In this document: one piece after another, positions 37,937 to 51,045 of the stretch
Position numbering within the stretch: the stretch's first letter is position 1
Layout of the letters: each line of letters starts with the position of its first letter
DNA from: Octopus vulgaris
Lineage: Eukaryota
NCBI GenBank assembly: GCA_951406725.2
Contig: OX597821.1
Location: 5,642,001 to 5,706,000, forward strand
Length of the DNA: 64,000 bases
Direction of reading: 5' to 3'
Translations under genes and position numbers: made by a program
The notes under the pieces: generated by a model
Database searches by the model: none
Seen by the model: the letters and a program-made list of their open reading frames with translations, nothing else
What the model was told of the DNA's origin: nothing

Positions 37937-38317
37937 GTCGAGCTGGCAGAATCGTTAGCACGCCGGGCGAAATGCTTGGGGTATTTCATCTGTCTTTACG
38001 TTCTGAGTTCAAATTCCGCCGAGGTCGACTTTGCTTTCCATCCTTTCGGGGTCCATAAATTAAGTACCAGTTACGCACTGGGGTCGCTCTAATCGACTTA
38101 ATCCCTTTGCTTGTCCCCTTTGTGTTTAGTCCCTTGTGGGCAATAAAGAAATAAGAATCGTTAGCACGCCGGGAGAATAGATTAAGGGTATTTCTTGTCT
38201 TTACGTTCTGAGTTCAAATTCCGCCGAGGTCGACAAGTGCGAGTTGCGTAGTGGGGTCGATCTAATAGACTGGCCCTCTCCCCCTCAAAAAAATTTCGGG
38301 CCTTGTGTGGAAAAGAA
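37937..38317 (+). mobile_element. SINE family B dimer
   Basis: GAGCTGGCAGAATCGTTAGCACGCCGGG head and two GTTCTGAGTTCAAATTCCGCCGAGGTCGAC bodies. Confidence 0.85.
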
Positions 38318-38668
38318 TACAAAAACAAATATTTTTTAACACTTTTTTTTAATACAACTTCTAATGATACTTAATTATAAAGATATGATTATTTTAAACG
38401 TCGAATGGCTAGGAGGGTCCATTTTGGAAAAATAGGAATCAGAAGGGGCCATAGGTAAACAAAAACAATGGTTAGGAAGCACTGATTTACACGAACAACT
38501 CGATCTTGAAACTTTTATTTCAATGTTTCCTTTGTCGGACACGTATTGCCGGATCACTAAGTCATAACGACACTGGTTGTCAAGCACAATAGAACACACA
38601 CGGATACATACACACATACACACACACCCAACACCACACAGGCACACACACATCTATATATATATATA

Positions 38669-39195
38669 CTAGCATTAAAGACCCGTCGTTGCCGGGTCAT
38701 ATTGCTAGTGCATGTATATATGTGTATATATATGTGTACATATTACATGTACATCTATATATATATATATCTACACATAAAATACAAAATACAAAGTTAT
38801 ATCTTGATATCGTTAGTGATAATATATAACAGACTGGAATTGTTAGCTCGTCTCTTGTAATTTCGATCAATTGTTTGATTTTAATTATTACTTACTACAT
38901 ATAATTCAATTGTTATTATTATTTTTACTGTTAAAGTGAAAATATCTGACATAAAATAGAGAAACGTTTTTGTTTCACTTTTAACACGTAATACTGAAAT
39001 AGTGGAGAAGATATTATATTGCTATGGGCTCGCTCTAGACAAGAAGTTGAACATTCTTTTTTGCCGATGACACTCCCCGGACCCTAAGTAAGGCATGTGT
39101 AAAATTTGAATGAAATTGGTTGTGTAGTTCTCAAGTTTTAGGGAAACACACAGACAGACAGACAGACACACATTCTCAGTTTTATATATATAAAG

Positions 39196-39196
<1 letters not shown>
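38669..39196 (-). mobile_element. Non-autonomous Helitron
   Basis: Minus strand starts TCTTTATATATATAAAACTGAG and ends with hairpin GACCCGGCAACGACGGGTC then CTAG|T. Confidence 0.8.
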
Positions 39197-39248
<52 letters not shown>

Positions 39249-39251
<3 letters not shown>

Positions 39252-39531
39252 GACCCCTTTCGGTCACGACACAGACACAAATCCGAACAGCAGTCGCCCA
39301 TGCATACCGGCTTCCCCTCTCCACGCCACCAGTGTTATCCAAAGGAAAGGCAACGGCCGATATAGCTTGGCACCTGTGACGTCACAACTCATTTCTACAG
39401 CTGAGTGAACTGGAGCAACGTGAAATAAAGTGTCTTGCTCAAGAACACAACACGCAGCCCGGTCCGGGATTCGAGCTCACAACTTCACGATCGTAAGGCC
39501 GACGCTCTAACCACTGAGCTATGCTCCTTCA
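39249..39531 (-). mobile_element. SINE family D with a third tail type
   Basis: CAGCTGAGTGAACTGGAGCAACGTGAAATAAAGTGTCTTGCTCAAGAACACAACAC...CTAACCACTGAGCTATG. Confidence 0.8.
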
Positions 39532-39585
39532 CACACATACACACACATACACACACACACACACATATACATATATATATATATA

Positions 39586-40055
39586 TAATAGAAATATTAA
39601 AATTACTAAGTCTCTCTAAAAGAGATTACGGCAGCGTTACTGGAAATTAATTGTTATCGCCATATTAATATGGCAGTCTTATAGATATAAGACTAAAAGC
39701 TGTCGCTGATTAGCTCCATGAGGCCATCGCCTTAAGATAGCTATTTGACACACAAACTGTGTCCATTATAACCTTCGAACAAGGGAGGTCAGCCGCTTCA
39801 CACTGCTAGTCAGACAGCTACAGACGCGTTTCAGGGTATTTGCCCTTTGTCAATGTAGCGTAGCATATTAATATGGCGATAACAATTAATTTCTAGTAAC
39901 GCTGCCGTAATCTCTTTTAGAGAGACTTAGTAATTTTAATATTTCTATTATTGAAAACAAGTGGATGTATTCCACCGAAACTAGGTAAATAAAACCTTCG
40001 AACAGAGACGATCAATGGCGACACCTGCTGGGTCGACTACGCTACATTGACAAAG
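39586..40055. mobile_element. Family H2 hammerhead element in inverted (fold-back) arrangement
   Basis: 39586-39863 is collinear with 17933-18208; 39864-40055 is the same unit inverted; 87-bp arms 39586-39672 and 39864-39950 have one mismatch. Confidence 0.85.
39817..39859 (-). ncRNA. Minimal type I hammerhead ribozyme, U3:A8 variant
   Basis: Minus strand GCTACA-TTGACAA-AGGG-CAAATA-CCCT-GAAA-CGCG-TC-TGTAGC; perfect 6-bp stem I and 4-bp stem II. Confidence 0.87.
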
Positions 40056-41240
40056 TAGCTCTGAATTAATTGTGGTTTCTGATTTACAGGTGTTTGAACC
40101 GAGTCAAGTGTGAAATGGAGCCTGTTGAGTATCGAGCAGTGATCCGGTTTTTGTATTTGAAAGGACGCACACCACGGGAGACTTTTGATGAAATGAAAGT
40201 AACTTATGGTGATGATGCCCCATCATATGACCTTGTAAAACGCTGGCATCGTGAATTCAAACATGGTCGGAACTCTGTGGAAACAGCTCCCAGATCTGGT
40301 CGCCCCCTTCTGCCATTGATGAGGCATCTGTCCGTCAAGTTGAGGCTGCCATTTTGGAAGATCGACGCATAATTATTCGCCAAATAGCCCAATGAGGTCA
40401 AGATTAGTACCGGGTCTGTGGAAACTATCATTCATGACCATTTGCATATGCAAAAGGTGTCTGACAGATGGATTTCCAGGTTGCTCACGCCTTTCCAGAA
40501 GCAAGAACGCGTCGAGTGCTCGAGGGTGAATTTGGAGATGTGCCAAGAAGATGAGTCAAAATTTTTCAAAAGACTGATTACACAGGATGAAACCTGGGTC
40601 CATCACGATGATCCAGAGACCAAATCCCAGTCAATGCAGTGGAAGCACCGTGACTAACCCCTCCAAAGAAGGCAAGGGTGCAGCCCTCTGCTGGCAAGGT
40701 CATGCTCACAGTCTTCTGGGACCAGGACGGAGTAGTGATGACAGATTTCCTGGCAAAGGGTACCACAATTGCAGGAGCCTATTATGCTTCACTTTTGAGG
40801 AAATTAAGAGAAGTTATCAAAATCAAGAGGCGGAGCAAGATCAGCAAAGGCATCCTTCTCCTGCAGGACAACGCTCCGGTCCACAACTCGCTTGTCGCCA
40901 GATCAGAAGCACAGGCGTATGGCTATGAACTCCTCCCCATCCCCCCTACTTTCCTGACCTTGCACCCTCTGATTTTCACCTCTTCCCAATCATGAAGTTG
41001 TTTCTGAAAGGAAAGCGTTTCCCAGATGATGCAGTCTTGATTTCTGAAGTCACGTTGAGGTTGGAGGACGAAGCTGGGTTCTTCTACAAAAACGGTCTCC
41101 AGAGCCGCATCAAACGATGGGAGAAATGCGTAACTCTGGGTGGTTCCTATGTAGGAAAAGACTAATAACTGTGCCAAGTTTCGTTGCTCTACTGCTATGG
41201 GAAGTGGGTCAGGGGCATTACTTATTGAACGCCCCTCGTA
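40056..41240 (+). mobile_element. Mariner (DD34D) transposon, left TIR missing
   Basis: Right TIR ...GGGGCATTACTTATTGAACGCCCCTCG-TA ends at 41238-41240; the left end abuts the H2 element. Confidence 0.92.
40115..41165 (+). pseudogene. Mariner transposase, frameshifted
   Basis: MEPVEYRAVIRFLYLKG...RWHREFK...RSGRP (HTH), WISRLL, ITQDETWVHH, GKVMLTVFWD, LLQDNAPVH, PDLAPSDFHLFP with 34 residues between the last two Asp; several frameshifts and stops. Confidence 0.93.
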
Positions 41241-41247
41241 AAAATTA

Positions 41248-41291
<44 letters not shown>

Positions 41292-41999
41292 CAGTGTGCA
41301 CGTGCATGCGTGTACGACTAAATTTCCGTCTGTTACACTCCCCGACGAAGCATTGGATGGTCTGAATCTGTAGCAGAAGACCCAAGTTGCCGTGCAATGG
41401 GATTGAACGCAGAATCACGTGGCCGCAAAGTAAGTTTCTTAGCTACACAGCCATTTCTCCGCCCATATTTCGATAAATCCTGGTCTGACCACACGAAATA
41501 CTGTAAATGGTTGGTTGTGCTCCACTTGAATCTGTTTATAAAAATGAAAAAAGTTAAAAGTCAGAAAAATAAATAAACGAAGAAGTAGAAGAAGAAGAAA
41601 GAAAAGAAAGAAGTGGAGAAGAGAGAAGAAAGGAGAGAAAAAAGCCAGACAGAAAAATGAAAAATGAAGAAATGAAAAATTTGAGAAGAAACGTTAGATT
41701 TCGTTACAAAATTGAAAAATATACTAAACCACTTCTAATGATAAATCAAAGGCATAAACATATATTTAAAGACCATCTGCCGCACGCACAGACAGAAATA
41801 CAAACACATATTTAAGTAGAAACACACAAAGAGTCAGATACACATACAAACATATATATGTGTGTGTGTGTATGAGAGTATACGTCTGTGAGCGTATGTA
41901 TAAAATGTGTATGTGTGTGTGTATGCGTGCATATACGACCACATAGCGCGTTTTTGTCGTTTATATAAAATATTGTTCTACGCGTAGATAAGCGGATAT

Positions 42000-42084
<85 letters not shown>

Positions 42085-42413
42085 TATCCATATGTGTGTG
42101 TATGTGTGTATTCACATCCGTAGCTCTACATACACTTGCACGTATATATATATATATATATATATACATGCATGCGCATGTATATACACGCGTGTGTATG
42201 TATGATTTATACTCAAGTCCAGAAAAAGTGTATATCTACAGGTATCATTTTATATCGTGTAACTGAGTTTTGTACATGCATAGTATGTGCGTGTGTATGT
42301 GTGCATGTGTGTATGTGTGTGTGCATGTGTGTGTATACTGCACATATGAATGTATTGCTATGAATATATATATATATATATATAAATGTGTACGCATTTA
42401 TGCTATGTATCTT

Positions 42414-42447
<34 letters not shown>

Positions 42448-42547
42448 AACTACATATAAATTTGCTAGACATATATATCAAATAAAAAATAAATCGATAC
42501 TTAAGATATTTCAAATACTCACGCTACCCAAAAACCTACATATATGC

Positions 42548-42588
<41 letters not shown>

Positions 42589-42712
42589 ATATAATATATA
42601 ATATATATATGCCTATATACATATATATATATATATATATATACACTTATGTGTATATATATATGTATGTGTGTGTATGTAACTACGTATGCACACACAC
42701 GCACGCACGCTC

Positions 42713-42761
<49 letters not shown>

Positions 42762-42920
42762 TCACATTGTGTTTGCGTGACCATGGTTTCGTATATACGT
42801 AATCGTGGTTCAGTCTTTGTATGATTGTGTATGGGTTTGTGTATGTCTTTACAAACATGTATATATATACACATGAGTGAAGTTGTGATATTCGTAGACG
42901 TGAATTTTACCCAACATGAA

Positions 42921-42987
<67 letters not shown>

Positions 42988-42991
42988 TATG

Positions 42992-43058
<67 letters not shown>

Positions 43059-43229
43059 ATGTGTGCATATGATTTATATGTAAATATTTCATCGAAGTAT
43101 CTGCATGATAGAATTAGTTTTCCTATCTTGGAATAACAAAAAAAAAAACGGTAAATATCTCAAACTACCGAATGATTGGTTCTATGAATTTTTGATAAGT
43201 GAAATGAAATGATAACGTGGAAAAAAATG

Positions 43230-43296
<67 letters not shown>

Positions 43297-43371
43297 ATAT
43301 ACATACATACATACATACATCTATTTACTCACACACATATGTGTGTATGTATATCTATATCTATCTATCTA

Positions 43372-43404
<33 letters not shown>

Positions 43405-43540
43405 TGTACATGTGCGATACTATATTTTCATATACACAGAGAAGCTCTCTTGTGTTTGTATATGTAAATATAGTGTGTAAATATCGTAACATATAAATAC
43501 GTATGTCTCTTTTTATGTGTAAGTATATAGGTGTATATAT

Positions 43541-43623
<83 letters not shown>

Positions 43624-43715
43624 TGTACATATACCGAGTGTATGTTTCATTTATATGTACATATATAATTGTGTAGTTGTGTGATTTAGGGGGTTTACGC
43701 CTCTGTGTGTGTTTC

Positions 43716-43764
<49 letters not shown>

Positions 43765-44333
43765 ACATCTATACCTGTGTTTCTGTGGGTGTTTGTGTGT
43801 AGGTGTATGAGTGTACGTATTTATCTGTTTACGTAAAATACGAATTCAAACAGAGTTTCTCGAGAATATGAGCGTCAGGTTGATAATGGTATTGTTTGTT
43901 TTTAATATTTTCGTTTTGTATATATTTGAAAAATGTTCATTTGATGTGTGTATATATATATATATATATTTACTTCATGTCCATTTTGTTTTGTATTGTT
44001 TTTAAATTAAATTTTCATCTGTTGCAAATAGAGCAGGCAGAAATTTATTTTAATAAGTTGAAAATATTCCACCGGAAGTTCATTGAAGTACATTTGGAAA
44101 TATATGTATATTGAATCTATAGTTGATCTGAATGCTTATGATACCCTCTCTTTGATGTATATTGTCTATTCATATACGTAGACACACATATATATGTGTG
44201 CGTATGTATATATATATATACATACGTATATATATATATATACATATATATATGTATGTATTATGTGTATGTGTGTACGTATGCATGTATGTACATATTT
44301 ATATGTCTATATATATATGCATGTATATCTATA

Positions 44334-44706
44334 TCTCTCTCTATATAAACGGCAGTTTGTCTGTGCGTGTTTCTGTGTGTCTGTTTTCTCGTACCCTCAC
44401 TCTGACCACGGCTTTCAACCGATTCTGATGAAACTTGACACACACATAGCCCAATGTCATAATTCAAAACTAACGCAGCGAAAATTTTGAAAAGTTCCCC
44501 CAGTTCTGAAAAAAATCGATAAATTCGACATGGGGTCGAGAATGAGAAACCCAAACCACAGACCGTCTAGGGGACGCAACTCCACCTGTTTTAACTCTCA
44601 AAAAAAATTTACCATCATTTTTTTCTATTTTTTGGCTATAACTCTCTAAAAATGCTTTATAGTTATTTCCCTTACAAACCTGAGCAACGCCGGGCGATAC
44701 TGCTAG
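44334..44706 (+). mobile_element. Non-autonomous Helitron
   Basis: 5' TCTCTCTCTATATAAA; 3' CCTGAGCAACGCCGGGCGATACTGCTAG|T, nearly identical to the 3' end of 17109-17623. Confidence 0.85.
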
Positions 44707-44770
44707 TATATATATATGCATTTGTATCTGAATGGATTGATAGATAGATAGACATTCATACATACATACA

Positions 44771-44832
<62 letters not shown>

Positions 44833-45196
44833 GTGTGTGTGTCTTCTTTATAGACATCGATGGTCTGCCACCAATCTTTCGAGAATATTAACAGAAGAAA
44901 CTCTTATAAATAATGTACACAAACAATCAAAATTGAGACTCCATTCGAAAACAGTTTGCCTTCTGGGAAATTTATGAGTCTACCGTACAACAGACGTATC
45001 TTTATACTATCCAGAGCCCACGGTTTCGATGAAAGCAAGACATATGGTACGATATATTCTAGGCACGTGAACGATCTATTAGTCATGGTGGTCTCATCAA
45101 AGGCGTCGAGGAACACTAGGTAAGAATTTCGTACAAAAATTCACCATCAAGAACTGTAGGAAAATATCACTTCGCAATAGAAAAATAGATTGGTTT

Positions 45197-45199
<3 letters not shown>

Positions 45200-45233
<34 letters not shown>

Positions 45234-45242
45234 ATATTAATA

Positions 45243-45324
<82 letters not shown>

Positions 45325-45352
45325 CGTTGTTGTTGCTGTTATTATTATTATT
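45200..45352. repeat. (CAT)n(ATT)n(GTT)n compound microsatellite
   Basis: Direct inspection. Confidence 0.95.
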
Positions 45353-45905
45353 ATTGAATGAGAGAGCAGTGCATGCCATCAAAGTGACACTGGGGTAAAA
45401 TATACGAAGCCCAATATACCCATCATGACTACCCGTCTGATAAGGGTACACCAGGCACATGCATCACAACCATATGTGCGCGACATGGTGATCTCATATC
45501 AAGATAAACAGCACATGACCTTGCAGGTGGGGCCCAGTTAGAATTTTCTTCAGGTTGAGTAGCCCATCCCGCTCAAAGGTCCCTGAATAAGGGTTGTTTA
45601 AGGATGTTGAAAGAACCACCCATGTTTCCAGAGGTGAATTATTCAAACCCCAAAGAATCCCTCTCAACATACGGCTATGATGCTCCCCCACTACTTCTGC
45701 TCGTGATCAGAGATGCACATATCATCAGCCACTAAGGAATATACTCAACTGGTTAAGGTCAAACAACTGACAAGCAAATCTGTGTTATTGAGCAGAATAT
45801 TTGCTGTAGCCCATCTTTTATACCAAGACAAAACAATGTACATAACACTTCCAATCAGTTAAGATCAGAAGCCATGAGAGCCACTGCCTGGTACTGCATC
45901 AGGGC

Positions 45906-45906
<1 letters not shown>
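45353..45906 (-). mobile_element. ~550-bp non-coding element embedded in an (ATT)n tract
   Basis: Complex, GC-richer sequence bounded on both sides by (ATT)n; no long ORF; strand inferred from an (AAT)n tail. Confidence 0.55.
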
Positions 45907-45975
<69 letters not shown>

Positions 45976-46134
45976 AAAGTTCAAATAGAAAACAACAGAT
46001 ATATTACCTCTGCTTATATCAGCGACACGAATAATCTCATACACTTGGTTGGTGACAGCCAATGTCTATACAGATACAAAATGACGGTAATAAAACTACA
46101 ATGGGCATTTAGTTATTCTCTCTCTCTCCCTCCC

Positions 46135-46180
<46 letters not shown>

Positions 46181-46472
46181 AACGAAGCTCAGGATAAGGG
46201 GATCTAAAGAATAAAACAAATGCTAATCAGCAAAGCCTATTCATGTGACCTAATAAACCAAGTCAGAGAAGAATACAAGAAGAAATAATACGCTACACGT
46301 GCATCTGGTTTCAGAGATTCTCAAATATACATATATAAAATTCTGCCCCACCATAAATTGACCCTTATGAAACTTTCTGCATAAAAAGTAAATAATAACT
46401 CTCTTGAACTACAAGAGAAACTGCCAAATAATTTACTGGTAGATATAAATACATACATATATATACATATTC

Positions 46473-46528
<56 letters not shown>

Positions 46529-46747
46529 TGTGTGTGTATGTATATATACGAAATTAAGAGGTATGACCAATAAAGTGGACACCTAATATGCTAAACATAG
46601 ACGTCAAATCGCCATTACCACGAAGAATGTGTTCTCAAGAAAAATCTCAGCAAAACGCCAAAATGTAAAAACGAGTAAGACAAATTAAAATAAATGAAAT
46701 AAAAAATGATTACCTACAAACCAATGGTTTCACTTGTTAATATCTTG

Positions 46748-46791
<44 letters not shown>

Positions 46792-46864
46792 TGACCGGCT
46801 CGCTTAGCCAGCAGGGTGGCGTCGTTAGAAGGCTAAAGCAATGCGAAGCGCATTGTGACCAGCG

Positions 46865-46922
<58 letters not shown>

Positions 46923-47307
46923 CAAGATAGGTTACAAGATATATACATATATATATATATATATATTCATATGTTGAACTGTTAATCCCGACACACATTC
47001 AATTTCTCTCTCAATTTTTTTTTCGTTCTCTCTCCATTAATACAATATGATTACTAAGAGAAAATCTGTTATTCTAACGTCTTTTGGGGTTTTTATACCA
47101 GCTACCAACGAGTACAAATTTGACTATTCTGAGTCCTTTTGCATGAGACAAGTTGTATAGCAACATGAAAAATAAAAAATATAATCCATTCTAACTTCTA
47201 ATGTCGTCCATCACATAAATATGAATGAATTTCTTGAACTATGTTTCATAAGCTAAGTCATGTACTGATTATTTAAATATATTTGTATATATATGTGCAT
47301 GTATATA

Positions 47308-47391
<84 letters not shown>

Positions 47392-47404
47392 TGCTTGTGG
47401 GGTG

Positions 47405-47570
47405 GGGTTACAGCACGGCAAGAAACTCAGGATTCGGTTGTAATATCAAATCCTTCTTTCGCCAAAAGCCAACCATATAGAAATAGCCATTCGAAAGGCG
47501 TTGGTACTGCTGACACTGCCCAGCTTGGTCACAGATCCTAGGCTGAAAGACGTAAAAGAATAAAAGATAT
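47405..47570 (+). mobile_element. Decayed 3' end of the CR1-like LINE seen at 2270-2614
   Basis: CGGCAAGAAACTCAG matches CGGCAGGAAACAGAG; tail CCCAGCTTGGTCACAG...GGCTGAAA. Confidence 0.5.
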
Positions 47571-48038
47571 GCGTGTGTGTGTATTTGTGTGTTCAAAAGA
47601 AGTTTTGATTGCAACTTTATTTCAAGTTTTATTTACTTCTTACATGGCATTCTCAAGTACCCACGACCGACCAGGGTATTACCACATACCGCCTTCAATA
47701 ACTCTAAGCTAAATAGATAGAGAGAGAATATGTGTGTGAAAGAGAGAGAATGGGAGAGAGATTGCGTCTGTATTTAGCAGCCATTGTTTTTTCGGGATTT
47801 TTTTGTTTTGTTTTTGCTTTTTGTAATGACGTCGTGAAATATAAGAATGAAATTTAAAATGTGTAAATGGAGTGAATTTCTATAAATCACTAAAGACGTT
47901 AAAATGGCTACCACTCAAACCAACAAATACTAACTTCATGAATCTATAGAAAAATTCTCTCTCTCTCTCTCTCTCCATCTACATATGTATAGAGAGAGAC
48001 GGAGACAGAGACAGGGAGAAAGAGAGAGAAAGAAGAAC

Positions 48039-48570
<532 letters not shown>

Positions 48571-48841
48571 TAAAACAGAGAGAGACAGACAGACAAAGGA
48601 GATGGGGGCTTACATCTGTGCCAGATGCAATCTAATACATCGAAATAGTTGATTGGTCAGCCAACTTTCGTCTTCTTACTTAATTGATCGCTCTTTTTAT
48701 TGTACTCTTTTATCTGGGATACAATTGTTTTCTTTTAAAACACCAAACATCAAATTTCAGTTGATTTGACACTAAACAGAAAGTTAAAATGTGTTGAAAT
48801 TTCTAAATTTCATGTGTATTGATCATATATCATAAAGAGAA

Positions 48842-48930
<89 letters not shown>

Positions 48931-48935
48931 GAGAG

Positions 48936-48970
<35 letters not shown>

Positions 48971-48994
48971 AACAGATCAATGGATACAGATATA

Positions 48995-49059
<65 letters not shown>

Positions 49060-49080
49060 GTATATGTATGTATATATAAA

Positions 49081-49132
<52 letters not shown>

Positions 49133-49171
49133 TACATATACATATGTGTGTGTACATACATATATATATAT

Positions 49172-49397
49172 ATTCTCCTATTTGTTTCAGTCATTTGACT
49201 GCTGCCATGCTGGAACACCGTCTCTAGTCGAACAAATTGCCCCCAGGACTTATTCTTTGTAAGCCTAAAACTTATTCTATCGGTCTCTTTTGCCTAACCG
49301 CTAATTTACAGAGACGTAAACACACCAGCATCGGTTGTCAAGCAATGGTGGCGACAAACAGATACACAAACATACACACACGCAGACACACACACAT

Positions 49398-49434
<37 letters not shown>

Positions 49435-49586
49435 TATGACGGGCTTCTTTCAGTTTCCGTCTACCAAATCCACTCACAAGGCGTTGGTCGGCCCGAGGCT
49501 ATAGTAGAAGACAATTGCCCAAGGTTCCACACAGTGGGACTGAACTCGGAACAATGTGGTAAGCAAGCTACTTATCAGACAGCCAT
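49172..49586 (-). mobile_element. SINE family A, full length
   Basis: Reverse complement of the family A consensus from tail (GTTTCAGTCATTTGACTG) to head. Confidence 0.87.
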
Positions 49587-49638
49587 ACATATTTTTTACT
49601 TGTTTTACTTATTAGACTGCGACCATGCTGTCGCACTA

Positions 49639-49680
<42 letters not shown>

Positions 49681-49742
49681 AAATAATGGTCAAAATAATG
49701 ATGATGTCCCGTTCTACTTGATTAAAGCCACCTAACGAAACG

Positions 49743-49830
49743 ATTGGTCAAAACATTGATGACGTCACGCTACGTTAGATTGACCACCTAACAGGCATTA
49801 TAAAACCGAGCATTTCACAAAAACTCACTA
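49743..49830 (+). promoter_or_regulatory. Putative Pol II core promoter (CCAAT, CRE, TATA, Inr)
   Basis: Motifs are in canonical order; TATA starts 28 nt upstream of the Inr A at 49827. Confidence 0.4.
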
Positions 49831-50148
49831 GAACCACCCAGCGAACTTCCACCATGGGTCATCACAATTGCTTAAGGTAAAAATGAATTCCTCGCTCTTT
49901 CGGAAACATCAATCTTCTGTATTGACCGCTTTCCACCACTTTGATCTGTTTTTTGTATTGAATACGTATCGCCACCGTGGGCCACTGCATCGAACACTTT
50001 GAACATATACTTCAAACTATATATCAACTATACATGAACTATATATCAACTATACATGAACTCTAAGATGTCTGACTCCGTTGTGTATTATAAATGAATT
50101 TCTTGTGTTTGACGGCATGAGCTGTCTTTTTTTATATATAACTTTTTT

Positions 50149-50182
50149 TTGATAAGGTTCATTTCAGGAACTGAAACATGTT
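50149..50182 (+). ncRNA. Hammerhead ribozyme core, U3:A8 variant, with decayed stem I
   Basis: TTGATAA-GGTTC-ATTTCAG-GAACT-GAAA-CATG-TT; distal flanks TTTTTATATATA and TATATATAAAAA pair, proximal stem I is imperfect. Confidence 0.6.
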
Positions 50183-50244
50183 ACAATGTATATATAAAAA
50201 TTAAAAATTGTATAATACAGCAGCATTTTCGAACTTCATTTTTT

Positions 50245-50283
<39 letters not shown>

Positions 50284-50284
50284 T

Positions 50285-50572
50285 TGTTTGATCCTTCTCG
50301 AGCCACGACTGGCTCATAAAGGCTGGCTTCCCGGTTTCCTTGGTGTATAGGTTCCCCACCTGGTCGGGATGCCGGTCCGTCGCAGGTGAGTTGCTAGATG
50401 CAGGAGGAAAGAATGAGAGAAATTTGTGGCGAAAGAGTCAGCAGAAGTTCGCCATTACCTTCTGCCAGAGCCGCGTGGAGCTTGGGTGTTTCGCTCATAG
50501 ACACACACATCAGCCTGTCTGAGATTCGAACTCGCGAGTCCGCTTCTCTAACCACTAGGCCATGTGCCTCCA
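50285..50572 (-). mobile_element. SINE family C
   Basis: CTAACCACTAGGCCATGTGCCTCCA head; GTGGAGCTTGGGTGTTTCGCTCA body. Confidence 0.8.
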
Positions 50573-50602
50573 CACACACACACATACATACATACATATA
50601 TA

Positions 50603-50646
<44 letters not shown>

Positions 50647-50706
50647 TACATACATATATATGTGTATATATATATATATACATACATACATACATACATA
50701 CATACA

Positions 50707-50742
<36 letters not shown>

Positions 50743-50761
50743 TATATGTATATATATATAT

Positions 50762-51045
50762 TCATAAAAATCTGCAATTCCCTGCTCAAACGCAACAAAA
50801 ACAACTCATTTTTGAGAAAAACTATCATGAAAAATAGATTCCTTACAATAATGCGGAGCAAAATACCGCCTGGAGGAAACATGAAACGAACCAGCTTTAA
50901 TCACTCCTGAAGCCGTTGAGTATCCGAAGAAAGTTATTCTCTGTACCTGGTGGGATTGGGAAGGCATTGTACATTACGAGCTATTTCTGCAAAATCAGAC
51001 GCTGACTTGAGACAATTGTTCCCAATTAGACTGATTAAATGAATG
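50762..51045 (+). pseudogene. Mariner transposase fragment
   Basis: [15 protein letters not shown]...YPKKVILCTWWDWEGIVHYELFLQNQTL. Confidence 0.75.

Larger units (their letters stand above)
37693..38484. mobile_element. hAT-type MITE with nested insertions and probable 8-bp TSD
   Basis: Ends CAATGGTTCT and GGTTAGGAAGCACTG; flanks ATTTACAG / ATTTACAC; homologous to 1073-1429. Confidence 0.62.
49679..50250 (+). mobile_element. (TA)n-flanked element with promoter-like motifs and a hammerhead, family H4 (Penelope pLTR-like)
   Basis: ATTGG 49743, TGACGTCA 49760, TATAAAA 49799, TCACT 49825, CCACCATGG (ATG 49854), AAG|GTAAA 49877, hammerhead core 50149-50182. Confidence 0.6.
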
